This document shows, one piece after another, positions 20,352 through 29,799 of a stretch of DNA of 64,000 bases (positions are counted from its first letter, which is position 1; every line of letters starts with the position of its first letter). Source of the stretch: Candidatus Cloacimonadales bacterium (GTDB lineage: Bacteria; Cloacimonadota; Cloacimonadia; Cloacimonadales; JAFGVF01); the NCBI GenBank assembly GCA_963663475.2, contig CAXXJV010000001.1, positions 1,056,001-1,120,000 on the forward strand, given 5' to 3'. The notes under the pieces are model-generated. The model ran no database searches, was not told the DNA's origin, and worked only from the letters and a program-made list of their open reading frames with translations. Position numbers and translations under genes: made by a program.

Positions 20352-21362
20352 TTAATTTAGAAGTATTTCACCACTTCTCAGCATAGTTCTGTAGGAAAGA
20401 ATCTTCTTATCTAATTCTTCTAATGTCGAGAGAATCTGACGTTCTTCATCAGTAGTTTCAATTACTTTCGCGATTCCACCATTTTTTATTACTATTCTTT
20501 TATCAGCCATGAGGGCAAGAATGGGGTCATGAGTCGCCATTAAAACTATTTTATTTTCAGAAAGCAGGAGATTTAAGGCTCTTTTACGATCAATTCCGGC
20601 ATTTTCAATTTCATCGATAAGAATGATGGGTGATTTACTAAGAATAGCGGTATCAGCTATCATTAAAGCACGTGATTGACCTCCACTTAAGCTGGTTATA
20701 GGGGTATCAGGAGAGAACTTTTCACCTGCTAGATCATTAGCTTTTTTAATGATATTGGCAATTACTTCCTCTTTGTTTTCCACAAGTCTGCTTTGAGCAT
20801 GAAGTTGAACGAATTGATAAACTGATAAATCCATAACGAAGTTCATATTTTGGGAGAGTTGAGCTACTAGTTTATCCGAAGTTGAGAATCTCCATTTAAC
20901 ATCAGGTTTATCATTGTTAATTAAAATTCTTCTCCCTGTTGGGGTATCGGCTTGAGCAACCCATTCAATATCACCTAGGAGTCTACTTTTCCCTGATCCT
21001 GTTGGTCCTACTATACTAATTATTTGTCCTTTTTTAATCTCAAAATTATTGAAATTTTCAGGATTTCCACTTTTATCATTACCCGGAAGAATGGTAACTG
21101 TTTCTACAATCTCATTATCTTTGCCTAAGAAGGAAATCATTTGCTGAATATATTCTACTAGTTGTTGGTAAAATAGTTCAGGTTCAATTGCCATATCTTG
21201 GCGATGTTCCTCTCCTAAAGAATCAAAATATTCAGCTAAAGATTTTCCTTCATTTCCTTGATAGGATATATTATTGTTTTCCAAGAAAGAGTCTAAGAAA
21301 GGATATTCTAAGAGCAGGTCTTCTATGATTAAATTTGGTATTGTTTTAATATTTATTAGCAT
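20352..21362 (-). CDS. ABC-type ATP-binding protein with N-terminal extension
   Basis: Walker A GPTGSGKS, signature LSGGQ, Walker B ILIDE, H-loop ATHD. Confidence 0.9.
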   Translation of the reverse strand: MLINIKTIPNLIIEDLLLEYPFLDSFLENNNISYQGNEGKSLAEYFDSLGEEHRQDMAIEPELFYQQLVEYIQQMISFLGKDNEIVETVTILPGNDKSGNPENFNNFEIKKGQIISIVGPTGSGKSRLLGDIEWVAQADTPTGRRILINNDKPDVKWRFSTSDKLVAQLSQNMNFVMDLSVYQFVQLHAQSRLVENKEEVIANIIKKANDLAGEKFSPDTPITSLSGGQSRALMIADTAILSKSPIILIDEIENAGIDRKRALNLLLSENKIVLMATHDPILALMADKRIVIKNGGIAKVIETTDEERQILSTLEELDKKILSYRTMLRSGEILLN

Positions 21363-21363
21363 A

Positions 21364-22056
21364 TTAATCCTCTAAGTTTATCTTGCGGACATTACCCATT
21401 TGGTAGCTTTCCCCGATTCTAGTTTCTCCTAAGCAGTAGGAACAGAGGGCGGAAGGCATAGGGAAGCGTAATTCTTTGCCTTTCAGAGTATCGATATTAT
21501 CTTTCTCATCATAGATTAAGGTAGAAAGCTCAAAAGAACCTTGTCCTGTTAAGCCGTTTATATGCATTATGGTTGCCTTAGGATTTACACTATTTACTCG
21601 TGAAGCAAAGACTTCTCTTTCTGCTTGAGAGACAATATCTCCTTTGGTAATTACTATTATATCAGCTGATTTGAGCATAGGACCAATCTTCTTAGGAGTG
21701 TTAATTCCAGAAAGATTATCAATTACACAAATAGCTTTGATTCCCTTTATGTAAGGTGAACATCTGTTGCATAAACCAGCTGATTCACTTATTAAAACAT
21801 CCATTTTATTCTCAAGTCCCCACTGAGTAATTTCTTCAACATTACTAACAAAATAGTGGTCTGGACATAAAGCTCCTGATAAGCCTTTCTTAACAGGAAT
21901 CCCAGCATTCTTATATAAAATATCATCATCTGTGTAGAGGCAATCAAATTTGGCGACCGCCACTTTTAATCCTTTCTTTTGAAGAGACTCTATCGTCTTT
22001 AAAATCACAGAAGTTTTTCCTGAAGAAGGGGGACCTGATACAGTTATCAAATTCAT
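21364..22056 (-). CDS. HypB/UreG/CobW-like (G3E) GTPase, Cys-rich
   Basis: Start moved to the ATG at 22056 (ATGA overlap with the upstream stop); GPPSSGKT, LCPDH, ESAGLCNRC, ITKGD, CSYC. Confidence 0.85.
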   Translation of the reverse strand: MNLITVSGPPSSGKTSVILKTIESLQKKGLKVAVAKFDCLYTDDDILYKNAGIPVKKGLSGALCPDHYFVSNVEEITQWGLENKMDVLISESAGLCNRCSPYIKGIKAICVIDNLSGINTPKKIGPMLKSADIIVITKGDIVSQAEREVFASRVNSVNPKATIMHINGLTGQGSFELSTLIYDEKDNIDTLKGKELRFPMPSALCSYCLGETRIGESYQMGNVRKINLED

Positions 22057-23288
22057 TTTTTCTCCTTTAGCGAACTTTGGAAAAGTGTTTCGCAATGTTT
22101 AATTGTTGCTGAAATATCATGAGAATAGATATAATCCCAACCTAACCACATGAATTTATTTTCCTTGGGAATTCTGTTATCTACATCTGGATTTACACTT
22201 GGGAATAGTCCACTATGAGCTAGTACTTCTCCAACTTGCTGAGATGCTAAGAAATCTACTATTGGCCTTATTTCTTGCTTCCTCTGGCTTTTAGTTAACA
22301 TAAAGATAGGACTTATAATAGCTCCATCTTCTGGCCATAAAGCTTGCATAGTAGAGTTTTCTTTTACCATCTTAGTAAAGAAGTAAGGCATTATAGTAAC
22401 TATAGGTCTCTTATTGGTTTTTTTTTCACTTTTTACCATTTGGGAAGGATGAAGTGATTCTAATAATGAACGTCCTAATTTAACCACTCCTTCATCTCCA
22501 TATTTCTTAAAAATGTTGAGAAGAATACCGTTAAACAAATCAAAATCACCTACAGGAAGAGATACTTTGTTTTCAAACTCAGGCTTCATGATATCTTGCC
22601 AAGTTATAGGAATTTGCCTATCTCCTAATTCACTTGTGTTAACCAGAAAGACTGCAGGAACTACTCCAAGCAGAGAAAAATGTTCCTTAGGATCTTTAAG
22701 ATTAAGTTCTGTGAAGATTTCATTATATTCTTTAATAGGTGAGAATTCGGCAAAAACACCTTGGTCTTTAAACTTCCCAAACATCTCAAGATCAAAGAAC
22801 ATGTCAAATCCTGCTGAGATAAATATATCAGGTAAATCACTAGGATTACTTATTTCTTTAACATGCTTCTCAATCCACTCTACGCCCATAGAGGCAGCTT
22901 TTAACTCAGATTCTACTTCTATTCCAAACTCTTGCTTAAAAGTCTTAGTAAAGCTATTAAACTTCTCCATCAAGGGTATTCTTACAGGACATGGTAAGGC
23001 ACCAACAACCTTAATAGCTTCTTTATTCTTACTTAATTTATTATCACTAAGTGAAACATCTGCATTATTATTTTCACCTTCTATTGCCTCTATTAATAAG
23101 GAAGCAAATGTGTCATAATCGATTTGCTTTAGCATTAAAGCTGTCTTCAAACTGATACTTTTAGCAAATACTTCCCTTTTAGCTTGGTCATCCATCTGAG
23201 GGAAACCATTGGAAGTAAATACTGAAACAGTCTCAGGATACTTTTCGACTATTGATAGAAGTGAATCAGTGGCTTGAAAATATGGCAT
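22053..23288 (-). CDS. Solute-binding-protein-fold protein with N-terminal DUF1858-like domain and no signal peptide
   Basis: N-terminus IVEKYPETVSVFTSNGF (small DUF1858-type domain), LPCPVR, and SBP-like TWQDIMKPEF and WPEDGAIISP; no hydrophobic N-terminus. Confidence 0.75.
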   Translation of the reverse strand: MPYFQATDSLLSIVEKYPETVSVFTSNGFPQMDDQAKREVFAKSISLKTALMLKQIDYDTFASLLIEAIEGENNNADVSLSDNKLSKNKEAIKVVGALPCPVRIPLMEKFNSFTKTFKQEFGIEVESELKAASMGVEWIEKHVKEISNPSDLPDIFISAGFDMFFDLEMFGKFKDQGVFAEFSPIKEYNEIFTELNLKDPKEHFSLLGVVPAVFLVNTSELGDRQIPITWQDIMKPEFENKVSLPVGDFDLFNGILLNIFKKYGDEGVVKLGRSLLESLHPSQMVKSEKKTNKRPIVTIMPYFFTKMVKENSTMQALWPEDGAIISPIFMLTKSQRKQEIRPIVDFLASQQVGEVLAHSGLFPSVNPDVDNRIPKENKFMWLGWDYIYSHDISATIKHCETLFQSSLKEKK

Positions 23289-23302
23289 GTCTTTTCCTTT
23301 TC

Positions 23303-23644
23303 CTATTTGATAAATTTAGACGGACTTGTAGGTCTAGGTAGTTTAGAAACTAAGACTCTTACTAGGCTATCAGTTTCATTATATATGCAATGGACAATCT
23401 CTTTAGGAGATTCAATTACATCATCTTCTTTAACTTGCACTCTCTCTTCACCTATCATAATGGTAGGTCTGCCTTCTAAGACATAGAACAAGGCATCTAC
23501 AGGGGTTATATGTGGCTTTAAGGATTCTCCTGCCTTTAATAAGATATGATTAACTTGGGCATACTCACTATTATACACTTGTTTTACATCAACACCATGA
23601 GCTGTCTTATATTCTTTCTCTTCTCTAAAGTTTGTAATTTTCAT
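23303..23644 (-). CDS. Cupin-domain protein
   Basis: LKAGESLKPHITP...FYVLEG...PKEIVHCIYN. Confidence 0.85.
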   Translation of the reverse strand: MKITNFREEKEYKTAHGVDVKQVYNSEYAQVNHILLKAGESLKPHITPVDALFYVLEGRPTIMIGEERVQVKEDDVIESPKEIVHCIYNETDSLVRVLVSKLPRPTSPSKFIK

Positions 23645-23667
23645 AATCTTTTCTCCTTTATATATAT

Positions 23668-23687
23668 TTAGGTACTATAATACCTAA
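23668..23687. promoter_or_regulatory. Candidate Rrf2 operator 1
   Basis: Imperfect palindrome TTAGGTACTATAATACCTAA just upstream of the cupin RBS. Confidence 0.6.
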
Positions 23688-23706
23688 TTAAGATTAAAAA
23701 AATATT

Positions 23707-24108
23707 TTACATAAAATCTGCTAAATGCATATCTTTGAATCTATCATAAATCTTCTTGGTTGCTTGGGCAACTTCTGCATCAATTATGCAGGTCCTAAAT
23801 ACACAATGTGTCTTACCAAAAGGGCAACCAGTAACTTCTATTTCTCCCTCAAAAAGCTCGATTATCTCTAAGAAAGAGACATGCTTTGGTGACCTAGATA
23901 ATTCAAAACCACCTTGAGGGCCTCTAACGGAATGGACTATCCCAGCGCGAGTTAACTTCTGGAATATCTTAGCTAGATGAGCTTCTGAAGCATTCAAAAC
24001 CTTAGCAATCTCTTTTACACTAACCCTATCAGGTGTCTTAGATGCAATATGGACTAAGCCATGCAAGGCTAAGTAGGTAGCTTCAGATAAATTTAATAAT
24101 TTACTCAT
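23707..24108 (-). CDS. Rrf2-family transcriptional regulator
   Basis: wHTH SVKEIAKVLNASEAHLAKIFQKL, SVRGPQGGF; three Cys (CPFGKTHCVFRTC) that could ligate an Fe-S cluster. Confidence 0.92.
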   Translation of the reverse strand: MSKLLNLSEATYLALHGLVHIASKTPDRVSVKEIAKVLNASEAHLAKIFQKLTRAGIVHSVRGPQGGFELSRSPKHVSFLEIIELFEGEIEVTGCPFGKTHCVFRTCIIDAEVAQATKKIYDRFKDMHLADFM

Positions 24109-24139
24109 CTTTTCCTCTTTTTACTTTTCTTATTTTTAT

Positions 24140-24176
24140 TCTGGTACTACAATACCTAATTGGTATTATCTGTCAA
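24140..24176 (-). promoter_or_regulatory. Sigma-70 promoter of rrf2 overlapped by candidate operator 2
   Basis: -35 TTGACA (24176-24171), 16-bp spacer, -10 TATTGT; operator TCTGGTACTACAATACCTAA at 24140-24159. Confidence 0.6.
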
Positions 24177-24261
24177 ATGTTTTTTTAATTTTTTTCTATT
24201 TAGTGGCGTGAATGCCTCTATAATGGTATTTGTGTCTCTATGTTATAATGTGAAAACTAAA

Positions 24262-24513
24262 TTATCTTAAATTTGATTTATGCTTAACCCAAAGAAGCTT
24301 ATAGAAAAAATCAAAAACTATAGCAACAATAAAAGCTGTTAAAATAGGTCCCAAGATAATCAAACTCCAATGCATGATAGGAAGAGAGAATGTTCCTGTA
24401 AGAGAATATGTCCAATGGATAATAACTGCTAGTCTGATTACATATGTAATAATAAAGACAATTTTAGCAGGAAGTGAGATTGCTGATTTGAAAGGACGAA
24501 TAAAGTTAAGCAT
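24262..24513 (-). CDS. Small two-TM membrane protein
   Basis: Two hydrophobic segments; similar to its neighbour (KIVFIITYVI; FIVAIVFDFFYKLL). Confidence 0.6.
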   Translation of the reverse strand: MLNFIRPFKSAISLPAKIVFIITYVIRLAVIIHWTYSLTGTFSLPIMHWSLIILGPILTAFIVAIVFDFFYKLLWVKHKSNLR

Positions 24514-24538
24514 GAATATAATATTTCCTTATTCGTAC

Positions 24539-24778
24539 TTATTGCAAGTTAGGTTTATTTCTAATCAAGTTATAGATAAATTCAAAGATAAAAGTTACTA
24601 TAAAGGAGATAGCTAAAGCAATAATTACATCGTACAAAAGGAAGATATGAAAATTGCTAATTGATATTGAAAAAGAAATGATGTAAGTAATAATGAAAAT
24701 AATTTTACCAAAGAAACTAAATAGTTGAAGAAAATTTCTGCTTGTTTCACCAGCAGATTTTCGATATCCATGTAACAT
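24539..24778 (-). CDS. Small two-TM membrane protein, paralog of 24262-24513
   Basis: GGAG RBS; KIIFIITYII and FIVTFIFEFIYNLI. Confidence 0.6.
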   Translation of the reverse strand: MLHGYRKSAGETSRNFLQLFSFFGKIIFIITYIISFSISISNFHIFLLYDVIIALAISFIVTFIFEFIYNLIRNKPNLQ

Positions 24779-25053
24779 AATTGACTCCTAAATTAATTTA
24801 ACCAAGTATAGTATTATTGTAAAATTTTGTCAAGTTAAATACTAATTATTTATAATCCAAGTTAGAAATATGGACATAATCTAATAATATTCTCTAATGG
24901 TCTAGGATAGCATTTGGCTAAAATCATAAAGTTATTTTTTTAAAGATAAACTTGACAATCTTAGAAGAAGAGTAAAAAATGTATAAAATAGCAATTAGTG
25001 CATGACCAATTAAATAGTTTATTGATATAACTTGGTGCACAGAGGAATAGTCC

Positions 25054-27297
25054 ATGATTGAATTGACAAAAGAAATGATTAAACAATGGGATGTTTTAGC
25101 AGAATATGAACCACCAGCACTTTTAGACCTACTTGAAAATTATAGTTCACAAGACTTCACTCAGCAGGATTGGCGTAGGGTAAAATATTTTAGAGGAAAA
25201 GCCTTAGCTACAATGTCATACTTTGAGGATTCGGAGGAAATAGCTTTAGAATGTATTAGAGAGGCAATTGCAGAAGCTGACTACTACATACTTGTAAAAT
25301 CCCATGTATTACAAGCCGTCTCCTATTATGGAAGTGAGAAAGAGGATCAAATTAGACCTTTACTAAATATGGCTATTGATTACTCAATGGAATCAGGAGA
25401 TTATGAATTAATGATTTATGCTCATTGTGCTTATATGTTCTATTTTAATCACAATTCTCAATTTGATTCAGCTTTAAAACAAGAGCTTAGAATTGCTGAT
25501 TTGATTAAGAGAATAAAGCCCTCCTATACTAGTGCAAGTGCTTTAAGCTCAATGGCCTTTCTCTATGTGAACATGTCTAGATGGGATCTAGCAATAAATT
25601 ATTTTAATCAAGCTCTATCAATTGCTAAAGAACTTTCATTAGATATCTATATCCTGAGTATCCTGAATAATCTAGGAACTGCTTTATCTAAGATTAAGGA
25701 TTATGTTACTTGTGAAGAAATTTTACAGCAAGGTTTAGAAAGGGCAAGACAGATGGGGCATAGGCAGAAAGTTTTTCTTTTTACTTCTAATCTTGGAAAC
25801 TTGATGATTGAGGAAAAGGAATTCAAGAAAGCAATTTCTTTTTATGATGAGTGCATGGGGATTTTAGAAAATGTAGTTCAAAAGCCACCTATGCTCTTAA
25901 TTGATTTATACAATAATTATGCCTTGTGTTATTGGCGTTTAAAAGATGATTCTTTGGCATTAGATTATATGAACAAGGCGATAGAAATTGCTCGCAATAA
26001 TAATTTCGAAAGAGATTTAATTCAAATTGAAGTTAATAAAACAAATCTTTTAGTAGCAATGAAGCAATATACTGAAGCTCTAAAGATAGTGAAAAATGCC
26101 ATAAAATATTATAAGAAAGCTAAAGATTTACATCAACTAATCTGGGTTTATCGAAATATGGTTAATATCTATTACCTACAAAAAGACTATAAAAGAAGCT
26201 ATGAGGCTCAAAGGAAATTAGATAATATTACTGATGATTATATCGCTGAAGTGCAAAAATGTGAAACTGACAAAAATATGGATAAGGTAAAAGTTCATGA
26301 AAGTTTAGATAGTGAAAATCATACTTTTTCATATAGAAAAAATAAACAAAATAATTCCCATGGCTTTATTGGTTGTAGCAAGGCCTACCATAATGTCCTA
26401 AATTCAGCATTATTGGCAGCTCAGTACCAAAACACAAGTGTGCTTATTCTTGGAGAATCTGGAACTGGAAAAGAGATTATAGCTCAGATTATCCATAAAA
26501 ATAGTATGAGAAGAAACCAAGCATTTATTCCTGTCAATGTAGGAGCTCTGACAGCTTCATTGGTTGAAAGCGAATTGTTTGGTCATACAAAAGGCGCCTA
26601 TACTGGCGCTGATGCTCCTGCTAAAGGCTTCTTTTTACAAGCAGATAAGGGTAGCTTATTTTTAGATGAAATTGCTGATATGCCTTTCCAGGTTCAAAGC
26701 AAGATGTTACGAGTTCTTGAATCCCGTAAGGTAACTGCTGTGGGAAGTAGTAAAGAAATTCCTTTTGATAGCAGAATAATCTCAGCTACTAGTCAAGACC
26801 TCAGAGGAAAATTAAGCGATAATCACTTCCGCTTGGATTTATTTCACAGACTAAACACTATTGAAATAGTTATCCCACCCCTAAGAGAGAGGAAAGAAGA
26901 TATTGAACCAATCATGAACCATTATCTGAAATATTATGCTAATGAACTTAGCAAAAAAATCCCCTTCATTGATAGATCAATGTTAGAAATTCTCTATGCT
27001 TATGACTTTCCTGGCAATGTTAGAGAATTAAAGAATATTGTGGAAAGAATGTACATTCTTAGCAAGAAAAGTGATTGGGATGCTCAACTGCTTTGTGAGA
27101 TTAATCCTTTTAGATTTGCTTCACAAGAATCTTTCTTACAAGAAGAATATAATGAAGAAGACCTTATTGTAAAAGCTCTACTTAAGGCTAAAGGCAAACA
27201 GAAAGAAGCAGCCTTGATTCTTAATATGTCAGAGGCAACTTTATCTAGAAGAATTAATAAATATAAGCTCCAAAAATATACCCTAAAAGGAATATAA
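25054..27297 (+). CDS. Sigma-54-dependent enhancer-binding protein with N-terminal TPR domain and Fis HTH
   Basis: GESGTGKE, ESELFGH, GAYTGA, LFLDEI, FRLDLFHRL, FPGNVRELKN and a C-terminal HTH. Confidence 0.93.
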   Translation: MIELTKEMIKQWDVLAEYEPPALLDLLENYSSQDFTQQDWRRVKYFRGKALATMSYFEDSEEIALECIREAIAEADYYILVKSHVLQAVSYYGSEKEDQIRPLLNMAIDYSMESGDYELMIYAHCAYMFYFNHNSQFDSALKQELRIADLIKRIKPSYTSASALSSMAFLYVNMSRWDLAINYFNQALSIAKELSLDIYILSILNNLGTALSKIKDYVTCEEILQQGLERARQMGHRQKVFLFTSNLGNLMIEEKEFKKAISFYDECMGILENVVQKPPMLLIDLYNNYALCYWRLKDDSLALDYMNKAIEIARNNNFERDLIQIEVNKTNLLVAMKQYTEALKIVKNAIKYYKKAKDLHQLIWVYRNMVNIYYLQKDYKRSYEAQRKLDNITDDYIAEVQKCETDKNMDKVKVHESLDSENHTFSYRKNKQNNSHGFIGCSKAYHNVLNSALLAAQYQNTSVLILGESGTGKEIIAQIIHKNSMRRNQAFIPVNVGALTASLVESELFGHTKGAYTGADAPAKGFFLQADKGSLFLDEIADMPFQVQSKMLRVLESRKVTAVGSSKEIPFDSRIISATSQDLRGKLSDNHFRLDLFHRLNTIEIVIPPLRERKEDIEPIMNHYLKYYANELSKKIPFIDRSMLEILYAYDFPGNVRELKNIVERMYILSKKSDWDAQLLCEINPFRFASQESFLQEEYNEEDLIVKALLKAKGKQKEAALILNMSEATLSRRINKYKLQKYTLKGI

Positions 27298-27425
27298 ATT
27301 CATAATAAGTCTTAAAATTCTAATGCATTATTCGGTTAAAATCAAGTTTGAAGAAAACTTTCTAATCTGGAAAATCTGATTAGCTTTTCTAATTTCTCAG
27401 TTTTTGGGTGGCTTGTTGTTTTCTC

Positions 27426-27513
27426 CTTTCATCCTTATTCCTTCCTTTACAGTCTTTCGATGAAAGTCCCAGTTTCATCGAAAGACTGTAAAGGAAGGAT
27501 CATGGATGGAAAG
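27426..27513. repeat. Long palindromic repeat, copy 1
   Basis: TCCTTCCTTTACAGTCTTTCGATGAAA-gtcccag-TTTCATCGAAAGACTGTAAAGGAAGGA; second copy at 61492-61570. Confidence 0.85.
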
Positions 27514-27665
27514 AGGGAGATTAGTGCCTATTTCTCTTGTCTGAGGGATAACAGGAGGCCGTATTCTTCTTCTTCTGAGACATTTTTTATGGAGTGGAAG
27601 CCATACCCGTCTTTGGGTCGCGGGATTCCAGCCCGCGGTTACGAAGGTGACAAGAAGAAAAAGAT

Positions 27666-27850
27666 CCTTAACACAGAGTTCACAGAGGTTAACACAGAGT
27701 TACACAGAGTTTTAAGAAGAAAAAGTAAGCCACAAAAAGCACAGATAAGAAGAAGAGTTTAGCCACAAATAAACACAAATAAAACACGAATAAGAAGATT
27801 TCCGCCTTTCGTCTCAAAGACGGACTTAGTGTCTTCGTGCCTTTGTGGTG
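27666..27850. repeat. Cluster of short CAC/GTG-rich tandem motifs
   Basis: AACACAGAGTTCACAGAGGTTAACACAGAGTTACACAGAG; GCCACAAAAAGCACAGA; GCCACAAATAAACACAAATAAAACACGAAT; TAGTGTCTTCGTGCCTTTGTGG. Confidence 0.6.
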
Positions 27851-28024
27851 AATCTCTTTCTACTCTGTCCGCCTTAAGGCACTACTTGGCATTAATTTCA
27901 TATGAAATTTCATTTTCTAGTCAGAAATGCCTCTTTTGAAATTTTCACTATTTTCTCTTTTTAACAAATTCTCTTATATGTATGTTTGTTAGTCAGTTAT
28001 GGATATATATCCTTATGGCTTATT

Positions 28025-28041
28025 TTGGAACAATTATGGCT
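28025..28041 (+). promoter_or_regulatory. Candidate sigma-54 (-24/-12) promoter
   Basis: TTGGAACAATTATGGCT has GG-N10-GC spacing and lies downstream of a sigma-54 activator gene. Confidence 0.45.
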
Positions 28042-28082
28042 TTAATACAAATCATGAAAGCAAAAAGAAAGATTAATAATAA

Positions 28083-28293
28083 AATGAAATTACCGATAGT
28101 AAGTCAGATAGTGCAAACCAAAGACCAAGATGGTAAGGATGTACTTGGTTTTACTGTTCAAGTTAGTGAGGATAGTTTTTATAATGTGCTACGCCCATTT
28201 ACTAATGAAACTTATACTCTTGTATATGAGGCATTAAGTGAAGAACGTACACAAATATTAATAAATGGAAAATTAAAGGAGAAGAAAAAATGA
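28083..28293 (+). CDS. Hypothetical protein (start uncertain; ORF track gives 27982)
   Basis: ATGA overlap with the next gene; a later start (MKLPIVSQ...) is preferred if the sigma-54 promoter is real. Confidence 0.4.
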
Positions 28294-29639
28294 AAAATGT
28301 TATGATTGGACTATTTATGATTTTAGTAGTTCTAGGTTTAAGTGCAGGTCAAGTAAATGTTGACTTCAATAATGCAGGTGATATGGATGATTTTGATTTA
28401 GGTGGTTATACTGATGTAGAATGGGAAAGTTCTGGTGGTATCAATAATTCTGCTTCAATTGGTTTCAATGATGATTTTGATAATTGGTATAATAGATTAG
28501 TTACTTACAAAAATGGTTATCAAATCACTGAAGTGAATGAACCCATAGTAACAAGTGCTTTTATTAGAAGTGAAATTAACGGTGGCTATGGTGGTCTTGG
28601 TTTTTCAAGTTTAAGTTCTAATTCAGAGATTGCACAACAATGCAGAATCCAAGATAGCCCAGCAATTGGTTTTTCTTTTTATAGCTCTGCTGGCTGGATT
28701 TTTAGTACTGATGATGATTTATATGAGGATAAATTGTACAACTCCTATAACCCAGATATTCCTTTAACATGGTATAAAGTTGTTTTAACAATTATCCCAA
28801 GAGATCTTGAAACTGGTGAAGTTGATGCTACTTATCAACTATTCCAGGCAGCTACTGACGGTACTATAGGTGCTATTCCTATTAAAACAGGTACTACAAA
28901 CTTTATAAACTCAGATTTTATATATTATAATTCTACAATTTACCCTTATTTCGGAGAAGCATGGCATAGAGTGCCTAACATTGATAATTTCTCATTTACT
29001 TATCCTGAAAATGTTACTCTTCCTGTTACTCTTTCTTCATTTACTGCAAGTTTTACTACTAGTGAATTAGTAAGTCTTCAATGGACAACTGAATCAGAAT
29101 CTGATATTCTCGGATTCAATGTTTACCGCTCAGAAAACGACAATATTGCTAATGCATTAAGAGTTAATAGCAGACTTATTGAGGGGACTAATACTTCGAT
29201 TCAGCAATCATATTCTTTCTCTGATAGAGAGATTGAAGCTAACACAAGATACTATTATTGGCTTGAATCAGCAGAAATAAGTAATAGTAATAACTTCTAT
29301 GGTCCTGTCAATGTGTTAACTGAAACTAATGAAGATGATGTTAACCCCACTATTGTTGAAGGGCTTACAGGTATTAATAATGTCTATCCTAATCCATTTA
29401 GTCCTAATACCGAAATAGCTTACAAGGTTAGAGAAATCTCAAATGTGAAAATTAGTATTTATAATCTCAAAGGGCAATTGGTTAGATCATTAGTAAATGA
29501 AAATAAAGCAAGTGGCAGTCATGTGGTTGGCTGGGATGGAAAAGATATGCACGGAAAGTATTGTCCTTCTGGAATTTATTTTGCTAAAATGGAAACAGGT
29601 ATTGTTAACTCATATCATAAGTTAGTCTTAATGAAATAG
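28290..29639 (+). CDS. T9SS-secreted protein
   Basis: Signal peptide; TLPVTLSSFTA...WTTESE...GFNVYRS module; YPNPFSP CTD. Confidence 0.85.
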   Translation: MKNVMIGLFMILVVLGLSAGQVNVDFNNAGDMDDFDLGGYTDVEWESSGGINNSASIGFNDDFDNWYNRLVTYKNGYQITEVNEPIVTSAFIRSEINGGYGGLGFSSLSSNSEIAQQCRIQDSPAIGFSFYSSAGWIFSTDDDLYEDKLYNSYNPDIPLTWYKVVLTIIPRDLETGEVDATYQLFQAATDGTIGAIPIKTGTTNFINSDFIYYNSTIYPYFGEAWHRVPNIDNFSFTYPENVTLPVTLSSFTASFTTSELVSLQWTTESESDILGFNVYRSENDNIANALRVNSRLIEGTNTSIQQSYSFSDREIEANTRYYYWLESAEISNSNNFYGPVNVLTETNEDDVNPTIVEGLTGINNVYPNPFSPNTEIAYKVREISNVKISIYNLKGQLVRSLVNENKASGSHVVGWDGKDMHGKYCPSGIYFAKMETGIVNSYHKLVLMK

Positions 29640-29665
29640 TAGCCTAGTATTTGAAAATCCATATA

Positions 29666-29694
29666 AAAAAGACTCTGCGAAGCGGGGTCTTTTT
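29666..29694 (+). terminator. Rho-independent terminator
   Basis: AAAAAGACTCTGC-gaa-GCGGGGTCTTTTT. Confidence 0.7.
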
Positions 29695-29799
29695 CTAGCC
29701 TTAATAAACCTGAATAAAAAAAAATTGACAAAAAGACTAAGGATTACTTTAGTAGTATTAAAGTTAACACCGTTAAATAAAAAATTTAAGGATAAAAAT

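Noticed and set aside
27460..27762. 100-aa ORF, and the similar ORF at 61522-61707
   Set aside because: Both start inside the long palindrome and read through repeat DNA; probably spurious.
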